This document shows, in pieces, positions 57,094 to 64,000 of a DNA stretch of 64,000 nucleotides. Origin of the DNA: an uncultured virus (IMG/VR IMGVR_UViG_3300023274_000001) (lineage: Duplodnaviria; Heunggongvirae; Uroviricota; Caudoviricetes); the IMG/VR virus record IMGVR_UViG_3300023274_000001, positions 96,001 through 160,000 of that record; one strand, given 5' to 3'. The position numbers were made by a program, and so were the translations under genes. The stretch's first letter is position 1. Each line of letters begins with the position of its first letter. The notes under the pieces are model-generated. The model was not told where the DNA came from. It did not search any database and saw only the letters and a program-made list of their open reading frames with translations.

Positions 57094-57324
57094 TCAGTCC
57101 TGCGGGTCGTACGCCAGAAGATCCTCGATCCCGCACTTCAGCTCCCTGCACAGGGCCGTCAGCGTAGAGAACCGAACCGCGCTCACCTTCCCGTTGCGGA
57201 GCTTCGACAGGTTCGCCTCGGTGATGCCGACCGCCTTGGACAGGTCCGCTGCACTGATGTCCCGCTCCTTCAGCAGGGCATCCAGTCGGACCGTGATGCT
57301 GTGCTCCTCCGGAGCGGGCGTCAC
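57094..57324 (-). CDS. XRE-family HTH regulator (YozG-like)
   Basis: VGITEANLSKLRNGKVSAVRFSTLTALC..L.C. Confidence 0.88.
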   Translation of the reverse strand: MTPAPEEHSITVRLDALLKERDISAADLSKAVGITEANLSKLRNGKVSAVRFSTLTALCRELKCGIEDLLAYDPQD

Positions 57325-57325
57325 C

Positions 57326-57913
57326 TCAGACCACTTCCTTCATCTGCTGGTCGAGGTCGTGAGCCCGCCGGTATTCCTTGATCCATCGCTCCTGGTTCTG
57401 GCCGGACCGCACGAACAGGTGCGAGACCACGAGGAAGGCGACCAGCACACTGACCGGGTCCCACTCGAACGAGATCTGCACCTGGAAGTACACGGCCGGA
57501 AGGATCTGGAACGCGATCGGCGTGAGCATGAAGACCGCCCCGATGAGTGCCACCGGGAGCGCCTTCGGAGGGTTCAGCTTGCCGGGGTCGGTCTCGATCT
57601 CCCGCCACTCGTCGCGCGAGATGTAGATGAGCACGGCCATCGAGATGACCACGACCGACAGCGACGGTGCGGCGGCGACCAGCCGGTCCAGCATGCTGGG
57701 GTCGCTCAACTGGATCGACGCCGACTTGACCGAGCCCTTCACGCCTTCGTAGGTCCGCTCCGGCCCGTCGGACCGAACGCGCAGCAGCGGCTTCCTGATG
57801 ATGTCGACGCAGGACCAGGCGCTCACCGCCAGAACGGCGAGCAGGCCCAGGTTGGCACCGAACCAGAACGCCTTCTTCGCGGCGATGGCCAGCTTCTCGT
57901 CTTTCTCGTTCAC
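57326..57913 (-). CDS. 4-TM membrane protein, DUF2975-like
   Basis: Four hydrophobic helices; typical partner position of YozG-like HTH. Confidence 0.7.
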   Translation of the reverse strand: MNEKDEKLAIAAKKAFWFGANLGLLAVLAVSAWSCVDIIRKPLLRVRSDGPERTYEGVKGSVKSASIQLSDPSMLDRLVAAAPSLSVVVISMAVLIYISRDEWREIETDPGKLNPPKALPVALIGAVFMLTPIAFQILPAVYFQVQISFEWDPVSVLVAFLVVSHLFVRSGQNQERWIKEYRRAHDLDQQMKEVV

Positions 57914-57923
57914 GATCTTCCCC

Positions 57924-57979
57924 TTACCGTCTGCGATAACCACACCTTGAGAATACTTACCGTCCACGATAAGTGTCAA
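57924..57979 (-). promoter_or_regulatory. promoter TTGACA-18-TATTCT with two TTATCG-N4-CGGTAA operators
   Basis: Operators at 57924-57939 and 57957-57972. Confidence 0.8.
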
Positions 57980-57986
57980 GTACGGC

Positions 57987-58025
57987 GAACGGCCCGCCTC
58001 CAGGGTCTGGGGAGACGGGCCGTTC
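57987..58025 (-). terminator. terminator hairpin after TerD gene
   Basis: GAACGGCCCGCCTCC...GGAGACGGGCCGTTC. Confidence 0.7.
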
Positions 58026-58043
58026 TGTCCTGCGCGGTGTAGG

Positions 58044-58784
58044 TCAGGCGTTCTGTGCGGCGTCACCGGCCGCGACGGCGGCGAGGATGAACTTCTCGAC
58101 GTTGCCGTGCTCGACGTTCACGCGGGCCTTGCGCTTGCGCAGTTCCCACGAGGTGGTCGGGCGTCCCTGGGGGTCGATGACCCGGTCCAGGACGCAGACG
58201 ATGACGCAGTTCTCCTTGCCGACCAGCGACGGCCGGATGCAGAACTGCTTCGGCGCCACCTCGGCACCGCCGGGCAGGTTCTGACGGCTGTCACCGTCGT
58301 AGACGGTGAACAGGACGTTGCTGGCGCCCTGGAAGCCGACATCCTTCATGGCCTTGTTCTTCTTCTTGAAGGCCGCGACCTGAACCACGATCCGGTGGAA
58401 CTCGGCGGGGATCCGGTCGAGGTGCAGGACCACGGCCTCGTCGTCGCCGTGTTCGGCCTCGGAGCCGGTGATGGCGTCGCCCGTGTGCTCGACCGAGCCG
58501 TCACCGGGCTGGCCGTGCAGGGGGTTCTTGTAGTTGTCGTCCCAGCCGACGCAGAGGGTCACCGGGTCGTTGTCCTGGAAGAGGACGGCGGCGGCGTCGA
58601 GGTCGGCGCCCAGCTTCTTCGAGCCCATGCCGAAGATCCCGCCACGGCCCTTGGTGCTGGCGTCCCAGGCGGCGCCGACGGAGATGGTGCCGGTGACGGT
58701 GGCCACCTGGTCCATGCCCAGTACGGGCAGGCCCGCCGGGGCGAGCTGCGCGTCCGACAGGGTCTCCTTGTGCATGTCCGCCAT
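58044..58784 (-). CDS. TerD/TerZ-family protein
   Basis: VGAAWD, DLDAAA, HTGDAITG, GDDE..LHLDRIP. Confidence 0.88.
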   Translation of the reverse strand: MADMHKETLSDAQLAPAGLPVLGMDQVATVTGTISVGAAWDASTKGRGGIFGMGSKKLGADLDAAAVLFQDNDPVTLCVGWDDNYKNPLHGQPGDGSVEHTGDAITGSEAEHGDDEAVVLHLDRIPAEFHRIVVQVAAFKKKNKAMKDVGFQGASNVLFTVYDGDSRQNLPGGAEVAPKQFCIRPSLVGKENCVIVCVLDRVIDPQGRPTTSWELRKRKARVNVEHGNVEKFILAAVAAGDAAQNA

Positions 58785-58945
58785 TACTTGGTCCTCCCGA
58801 CCCGGAACCCGCTGAGGGTGCCGTCGTTGTCCGGCCCCTTGCCCCGGTCGCCCGCCGGGATTCCGCTGCTGCCGTTGCCGCTGCCGGATCCGCCGGATCC
58901 GGAACCGCCGGAGCTGCCACTTCCGTTCTGGAATTCGAGCGTCAC
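58784..58945 (-). CDS. 53-aa Gly/Ser-rich peptide
   Basis: GGAAAGGG RBS; TAATG coupling to TerD gene. Confidence 0.6.
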   Translation of the reverse strand: MTLEFQNGSGSSGGSGSGGSGSGNGSSGIPAGDRGKGPDNDGTLSGFRVGRTK

Positions 58946-58986
58946 GCTCTTCCCTTTCCTCGGCTTATTCTGCCGTTTTTCCGTTG

Positions 58987-59003
58987 CTGCCTAGGCCAGT
59001 CTA
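58987..59003 (-). promoter_or_regulatory. -10 TAGACT fused to CCTAGG box
   Basis: TAGACTGGCCTAGGCAG on - strand. Confidence 0.7.
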
Positions 59004-59172
59004 TCCACATCAACATGTTTGCCGCAAGCCTGTCTTGGCGATCTGCATCACAGGGTGTTCTCATATTTCCAGGCATCCGGTGAACGATGAACCGAGAGTG
59101 ACACGTGCAGGTCAACGGCGATATGATGCCTATCATGATCCCCGTGCTCCGGGGACAAGGAAGGGAGAGAAC

Positions 59173-59931
59173 GTGAACGAGAAGCAGATCTGGACGGGCA
59201 TCGCCCCGTCGCCGACAGTTCTCGGTCAGCTCGACTACGAAGAGATGGCGGTCCTGGCCCTGCTCTCCTGGTCGACCGCCACGAACAGGCCGGTGACGTC
59301 GCTCGACGTGGCCGAGATCGTGGACCGCGACGGCAAGAAGCTCGGTCCGTCCGAGGCCAGGAAGATCGTGCAGGATCTCGGCGACATGAAGATCGTGTCG
59401 GTGTACGGCATGAGCAATGAGCGCCCCATGTCGGTGCGGCTCGGCGGGTTCGTGCCCCGGGTGCCCCGCAAGTTCGAGGACCGGCGCCCGGGACCTCAGC
59501 GCTTCACTCCGGCGCCCCGCAGTGCGCCCGCCGCCACCCGGCGCCCGGAGGGCCGCAGCAAGCCGCCACAGGGCAAGCGGGGCGGCACTCCGCCGTGGGT
59601 GCTGAAGGAGCGCCGCGTGGAGACCGGCCTGGCCGTCAGTCCGCGCACCCCCGAGTACGTCCTGCCGGAGGCGACGCGGCTGCGCGAGGAGCAGATCCGC
59701 ATCGAGAGCGGCGAGTTCTCCGGCACGCTCGTCGAGCAGGCCGAGGCCCGTCTCGCCGTACTGGAGGGGCGGATCCGCCTGTACGAGAAGTGGCTGCGCG
59801 ACGAGCCCCGCCACCCGGCCCTCCCGGGCGCCCTGGAGAAGAAGCGCAAGGCGGTTCCGGAGATGAAGTTCCAGATCGAGCGGGCCGCCGTGAAGCAGGC
59901 CGAGATGGCGGCGGAGGCGAGCGGTGACTGA
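59173..59931 (+). CDS. putative winged-helix protein
   Basis: RBS; VTSLDVAEIV...SEARKIVQDL. Confidence 0.7.
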   Translation: MNEKQIWTGIAPSPTVLGQLDYEEMAVLALLSWSTATNRPVTSLDVAEIVDRDGKKLGPSEARKIVQDLGDMKIVSVYGMSNERPMSVRLGGFVPRVPRKFEDRRPGPQRFTPAPRSAPAATRRPEGRSKPPQGKRGGTPPWVLKERRVETGLAVSPRTPEYVLPEATRLREEQIRIESGEFSGTLVEQAEARLAVLEGRIRLYEKWLRDEPRHPALPGALEKKRKAVPEMKFQIERAAVKQAEMAAEASGD

Positions 59932-60373
59932 CTACGAGGAGCGGGCCCGGCGCGAGCGGGAGGCGAGCCGGGCCCGGCGGCGGCACTTCCAGGAGATGGA
60001 CCAGAGGATGCGCCTCGACGGCGAGCGCGCCACCCGTCTGCTGCTGGACGAGTTCTTCCCGGCCGGGGCACCCGAGGGCCTGCTGGAACGTCTCTGCCTC
60101 GGCCGGAACCGCCTGGTCAAGGAGATCGTTTCGCTGGAGAAGGTCGTCAGGGAGATGCACGACGGCATCAACCGGATCAAGAACGAGGCCGATCAGCGCT
60201 GGGTGGACGGGTTCAACGAGTGCGCGCAGCAGGTGCGTACGCACGCCGCCGAGCTGGGCCTGGGCGAACCCGTCGTCGACAGCCTGCTGCGGGGACAGGT
60301 CAGCATGCAGGAGGCCGAGCAGGCAGAGAAGAACCGGGCCGCTTCTCAGCAGGTGGAGTGGTCACGGACCTGA
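59924..60373 (+). CDS. coiled-coil protein
   Basis: Overlap with upstream gene. Confidence 0.75.
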   Translation: MTDYEERARREREASRARRRHFQEMDQRMRLDGERATRLLLDEFFPAGAPEGLLERLCLGRNRLVKEIVSLEKVVREMHDGINRIKNEADQRWVDGFNECAQQVRTHAAELGLGEPVVDSLLRGQVSMQEAEQAEKNRAASQQVEWSRT

Positions 60374-60385
60374 CACCCTTGCCGG

Positions 60386-60583
60386 GTGGCGAAGTTCCGG
60401 CCCCCGTCCTGGGCCGAGCCCGAGCCGGGCGAGGACACGATCGAGATCGAGTACACCGACGGATCAACGACGAAGGAGCTGCACCTTCCGCTTTCGTGGC
60501 GGATCAGGTGCAGCTCCTTCCGGCGTCTGCGTCAGGCCGTGGTCTCGGCCGCGTCCTCCTGCTTCTTGCCGACGAAGAAGTAA
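60386..60583 (+). CDS. hypothetical protein
   Basis: Short; overlaps convergent gene. Confidence 0.4.
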   Translation: MAKFRPPSWAEPEPGEDTIEIEYTDGSTTKELHLPLSWRIRCSSFRRLRQAVVSAASSCFLPTKK

Positions 60584-60798
60584 CCGTTCTTGCGCGGCGT
60601 TCCCTTGCCGGTGTTCCGGTCCTTGTGCAGGTACCTCGTGCCGACGGTGCGGTGGTTCTTCCCGCTCGGGTGGCTGACGATGTTCGCCTTCAGGTAGCCC
60701 GGCACGTACGAGGTCACGAGGATCTGGCGCCCGTCGTCGCGCGGGTCGGCCGACTCGTAGATGTTGCCCTTCTCGATCTTGTAGTTCTCGTCGCTCAC
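60532..60798 (-). CDS. hypothetical protein
   Basis: RBS, GTGA overlap; GNIYESADPR. Confidence 0.75.
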   Translation of the reverse strand: MSDENYKIEKGNIYESADPRDDGRQILVTSYVPGYLKANIVSHPSGKNHRTVGTRYLHKDRNTGKGTPRKNGYFFVGKKQEDAAETTA

Positions 60799-61583
60799 GC
60801 GTTCTCCCCTTCCGAAGGGATGGCGGAGACCGCTCTGATCTCCAGCCGCTGGCCACAGAGAGCCAGGATCTTCTCCGCCCACCCGATGGTGAGCGTCGCC
60901 TGCCCCGTGAGCATCTGGCTCACGTGCTTGGCGCTGATGCCGAGATGGCGGGCCACGTCGGCATCGTTCAGACCGGCCGTCTCCACGGCCGTCTTCACCT
61001 GTGCCCGCATGCTGTCCCGGGCGTCCGGTTGGCCGCGCCCGGCGAGCACGTCCGACAGCTCCGCCCGGCGCTCTTCCCACCACCACGACTGTGGCGGCCC
61101 GAAGGGTGCCGCAAGGGTGTTCCAGTACTCCAGCAGGGCGTAGATCCGCTCGATGAACTCCTCGGCCTGCCGGGCGTTCTCGAAGCGCTGCATGTACCGG
61201 ACATGGGGAAGGATCTCCACACCCGCCAGGGCGCCGATCTCCTTCAGGCTCTCGTAGGGCACGTACGTGCCCTTCTCGCTGACCCGCCAGTCACGGATCG
61301 CCCGAGCATACCGTTCGGCCACCGACTCGGCCGCCTGGGCTCGCCGGTTCAGCTTCTGGATGGTCTGCCGGGCCTCGGCGAGTTCGGCCGCCGACCGCGC
61401 CGGGTCCCCGGTGTGCAGCAGGGCGCCGATCTTCTCGTACAGCTCACTGCGCACCGAGCTGTCCTTGGTCGCCTCGTGCACCAGATGGTTGACCTGGCTC
61501 ATCAGGGCGGCCAGCGCCGGGTCGCAGCGGTGGCACCAGCCGTGGTCTGCGCAGTGCCGGGTGGTCCGGCAGGGGTCAGTCAT
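60795..61583 (-). CDS. protein with N-terminal C/H knuckle and C-terminal XRE HTH
   Basis: CADHGWCHRC; VARHLGISAKHVSQMLTG. Confidence 0.8.
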   Translation of the reverse strand: MTDPCRTTRHCADHGWCHRCDPALAALMSQVNHLVHEATKDSSVRSELYEKIGALLHTGDPARSAAELAEARQTIQKLNRRAQAAESVAERYARAIRDWRVSEKGTYVPYESLKEIGALAGVEILPHVRYMQRFENARQAEEFIERIYALLEYWNTLAAPFGPPQSWWWEERRAELSDVLAGRGQPDARDSMRAQVKTAVETAGLNDADVARHLGISAKHVSQMLTGQATLTIGWAEKILALCGQRLEIRAVSAIPSEGENA

Positions 61584-61875
61584 CTTCCTCTCCGACCATC
61601 TCGTAGAGGTGCCAGACCAGACCGGCCGGGTCGCGGTCGGTGGTGCCGCGCCACTGCGCCTTCTCCGGCAGCGGGTGACCGGTGCCGAACACCTGGAAGG
61701 TCCGCTGGAGCAGCGTGCCGTCCGGCGCCGGGGTGATGTCCTCGGCCCAGAATTCCACGACCGGCGTCTTGCCGGGCACCCACGGCTGAGTGGCCACCTT
61801 CTTCACGATCCCGTGCACTATGTGCCGGTGTTCCTGGTCGTCGACCGGAACCTCGTACCTGAACATCCGCCTCAT
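61576..61875 (-). CDS. phage hypothetical protein
   Basis: VFGTGHPLP...LVWHLYE motif. Confidence 0.8.
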   Translation of the reverse strand: MRRMFRYEVPVDDQEHRHIVHGIVKKVATQPWVPGKTPVVEFWAEDITPAPDGTLLQRTFQVFGTGHPLPEKAQWRGTTDRDPAGLVWHLYEMVGEEDD

Positions 61876-62081
61876 CGCTTCTTCCTCTCCGCTCTCGTGC
61901 AGGCCCGGTCCAGAAGAGTGCCGGGTATCAGGTGAATCCGATGCCCCAGGGGGTGCCGGATCTCGTACTCACCCTTGCGTCCCCAGTCGGCCGGTTCATG
62001 GAGCCAGTGAAGGATCTCGTGCCAGCGGCCGAAGTTGTGATGATCGTCCATGCGTTCACGCCAGCGCCGCAGCCTCGTCAC
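61872..62081 (-). CDS. hypothetical protein
   Basis: Overlaps on both sides. Confidence 0.6.
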   Translation of the reverse strand: MTRLRRWRERMDDHHNFGRWHEILHWLHEPADWGRKGEYEIRHPLGHRIHLIPGTLLDRACTRAERKKR

Positions 62082-62503
62082 AGGATCCCCTCGTTCTCGC
62101 CGGTCGGAACGACGTTGTCGGTGCCCCACTTCCGCCGGGCGGGCGGCGTCTTGGTCCGCACCTCCTGCGCCTTGGCCGCCAGAGCCAGAGCGTGCTCGAT
62201 GGCCAGCAGGGCGGCGCCGGTCGTGCAGTCGACCGCCTTGTCCAGGTGCTCGTCCGGGATCCGGCCGACGAGTGACTGCCGCATCAGATCGTCGATGAAG
62301 CTGGAGCCGCCGGGCAGATGCGCGAGCAGCGCCGAGGCCAGTTCGGCGGCCTTCTGCATGGGCACCCAGACCGAACCGGCCTCGGCATGATCACTGTCGT
62401 GCCACGGCATCAGCAGATCCTGGCCGACCTTCTCGACCCGTCCCGACCACGGGTAGGAGAACTCCTGCACCCGTCGGCTCGCGGTCTCGTCGTCCGGCTT
62501 CAT
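62078..62503 (-). CDS. hypothetical protein
   Basis: ATGA overlap. Confidence 0.7.
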   Translation of the reverse strand: MKPDDETASRRVQEFSYPWSGRVEKVGQDLLMPWHDSDHAEAGSVWVPMQKAAELASALLAHLPGGSSFIDDLMRQSLVGRIPDEHLDKAVDCTTGAALLAIEHALALAAKAQEVRTKTPPARRKWGTDNVVPTGENEGIL

Positions 62504-63321
62504 CTGGTGATCCCCATCTCCTTGCGCAGCCGGTCGGCCGTCTCCTGCGTCGTCCGGGCCGCCCGGTCCAGCTCCCTGACGGCAGACTCTGCCCGATCCT
62601 TCGCCCTGTCCAGGCTGAGGCGCCCCTGAACCAGGGCCTGAAGGGCTTCAGTGGCCCCCTCCGGCTCCAGCTTGTCCTCCCAGGAGTATTCGGCCAGGCC
62701 GACGCCCAGAGCGGCCTCCAGCCGGTCCAGAAGCTCCAGGCGGCGCTTGTCCTTCTCGTTGAAGGTGCCCCGCTGGCGCTGCGCCTGCCGTTCCTGCTCG
62801 TAGAACTTCTGCCGAAGCTCCCGCTCCTGGCGCTGGAGCGCATTCGTCCTGGTCGTCTCGGTGTTCTTCAGCAGGGTGATGAGCAGGCCCGGTGTGATCT
62901 GCGCGTCCCGCTCCTCCGGCTTGACCAGCACCTTGAACTTGCGCCCGCGCGTACCGGGCATCATCAGGCCCCAGCCCTTGGGCAGCTCGCCGTCCTGCAC
63001 GATCCCCTCATGCGGCACGACCAGCCAGAAGATGTTGCAGTACGGCCACCAGGCTTCGGCCTTCTTCGGATCCTTCAGCTCCCGAAGCCAGTCGGCGCGG
63101 CTCACCTTCAGCTCGCAGACCTCGACGATTCCCGCGCCACGCGAGGCCCACAGGCCGATGTGCACGGCGTCGGCCCGGCGTCCGGAGTGCCCCGGCGCGG
63201 TGACCTCGGTCAGATACACGGCCCCCGCCCCGGCGATGTCGAGCTGGTCCTTGTCGCTGATGAAGTGCTGGCGGAGCTTGTCGTCCAGCTCCGCCGTGGT
63301 CATGCCGTTCGGCGTGGCCAT
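62500..63321 (-). CDS. MmcB-like PD-(D/E)xK nuclease with coiled coil
   Basis: RRADAV..ELKVSRADWLREL..CNIFWLVVP..ELPKGWGL. Confidence 0.82.
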   Translation of the reverse strand: MATPNGMTTAELDDKLRQHFISDKDQLDIAGAGAVYLTEVTAPGHSGRRADAVHIGLWASRGAGIVEVCELKVSRADWLRELKDPKKAEAWWPYCNIFWLVVPHEGIVQDGELPKGWGLMMPGTRGRKFKVLVKPEERDAQITPGLLITLLKNTETTRTNALQRQERELRQKFYEQERQAQRQRGTFNEKDKRRLELLDRLEAALGVGLAEYSWEDKLEPEGATEALQALVQGRLSLDRAKDRAESAVRELDRAARTTQETADRLRKEMGITR

Positions 63322-63998
63322 CACGCTTCCCCTTCCCTGACGAGGCCCTTCGGTCGGGCCTTCGGATCCCTCAGATCCTCTTCGTTCCATGCGGCCGGAG
63401 GAGCCCAGCCAGACTTCTTTGCCCACGCCTTCGCCCGGTTGGAATCCGGCTCGGCAATCCCGTAATTCAGAGGATCGGCGTCCCACATTCTGCGGTAAGC
63501 GTGGAAGATCGCGCTCTCCATCGAAACCCGGATGGTGGTCCGGCGTCCCTGCCTGATGGCCCCGATCGTCTCGGTCGTCGTGCCGTCCACCTCGCGAGCC
63601 AGCACGGGGAGGGAGAAGCCACGGGCGCTGAGCGCTTGAAGGATCCGCCGGGCTGCCGTCGCGTCGGTCATGCCGTCCAGCTCGGGCCGGTAGGTTTTCG
63701 GCGGAATCTCGATCGCCAGAATGGCGCGCTCGGTGTCCCGGTGAATGCGCTCGATCCGGTCGGCCACCAGGTGTCCCACCGTGCCACGAGCCAGCCCCGA
63801 CTTCCTGGCGATGTCCGCGAGCGACATGCCCGCCTCCCGCAAGAGGCGACAATGAGCCCCAGCCGGGGCGGCGCTGACGTTCGCGCGCTGGCCCCGGTGA
63901 ATGTTGACCTTGCTCCGCTTCTGCTGGCGGAAGAGCGCCAGTCGGCACTCCTCCCGGTCGCACCCGTACCTTCCGCAGGAAGCAGACCCGTGCTCAAC
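63321..63998 (-). CDS. HTH DNA-binding protein, 5' end outside window
   Basis: HG..C..YGC..C, then GMSLADIARKSGL and a second HTH. Confidence 0.8.
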   Translation of the reverse strand, partial: VEHGSASCGRYGCDREECRLALFRQQKRSKVNIHRGQRANVSAAPAGAHCRLLREAGMSLADIARKSGLARGTVGHLVADRIERIHRDTERAILAIEIPPKTYRPELDGMTDATAARRILQALSARGFSLPVLAREVDGTTTETIGAIRQGRRTTIRVSMESAIFHAYRRMWDADPLNYGIAEPDSNRAKAWAKKSGWAPPAAWNEEDLRDPKARPKGLVREGEA

Positions 63999-64000
63999 CC

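Noticed and set aside
56135-58042. 635-aa + strand ORF
   Set aside because: Shadow of three credible - strand genes

Overview
GC-rich segment that reads as the early/host-takeover half of a large actinobacterial phage, most likely of Streptomyces. It resembles the large high-GC Streptomyces siphophages, but this is inference: no structural, integrase or replication genes are in the window. A few small genes (1-1.6 kb) precede a 1.6-kb non-coding, pyrimidine-skewed repeat block (1.6-3.25 kb) that carries two perfect CRP-type boxes. Next comes an ~830-nt stem-rich putative RNA closed by long-range pairing (3410-4235). About 120 tightly packed + strand small ORFs with strong GGAAAGGGAG-type RBSs follow (4.3-56 kb), then a mostly - strand block. 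Recognisable products are a macrodomain (DarG-like), two ArdA-like acidic proteins, DUF4097, a PNK-type HAD phosphatase, a ParB-like DGQHR-motif protein, HicB-like, TerD, a YozG-like HTH with a DUF2975-like membrane protein, and an MmcB-like nuclease. The most notable signals are non-coding: a canonical type II hammerhead ribozyme (25762-25837), nine copies of a palindromic YGRCCTAGGYCR box that abuts -10 hexamers, repeated families of intergenic RNA hairpins sharing a CGGGAG(C/T)G motif with the leader RNA, and the large leader RNA itself. All family assignments are by eye from motifs, with no database search.
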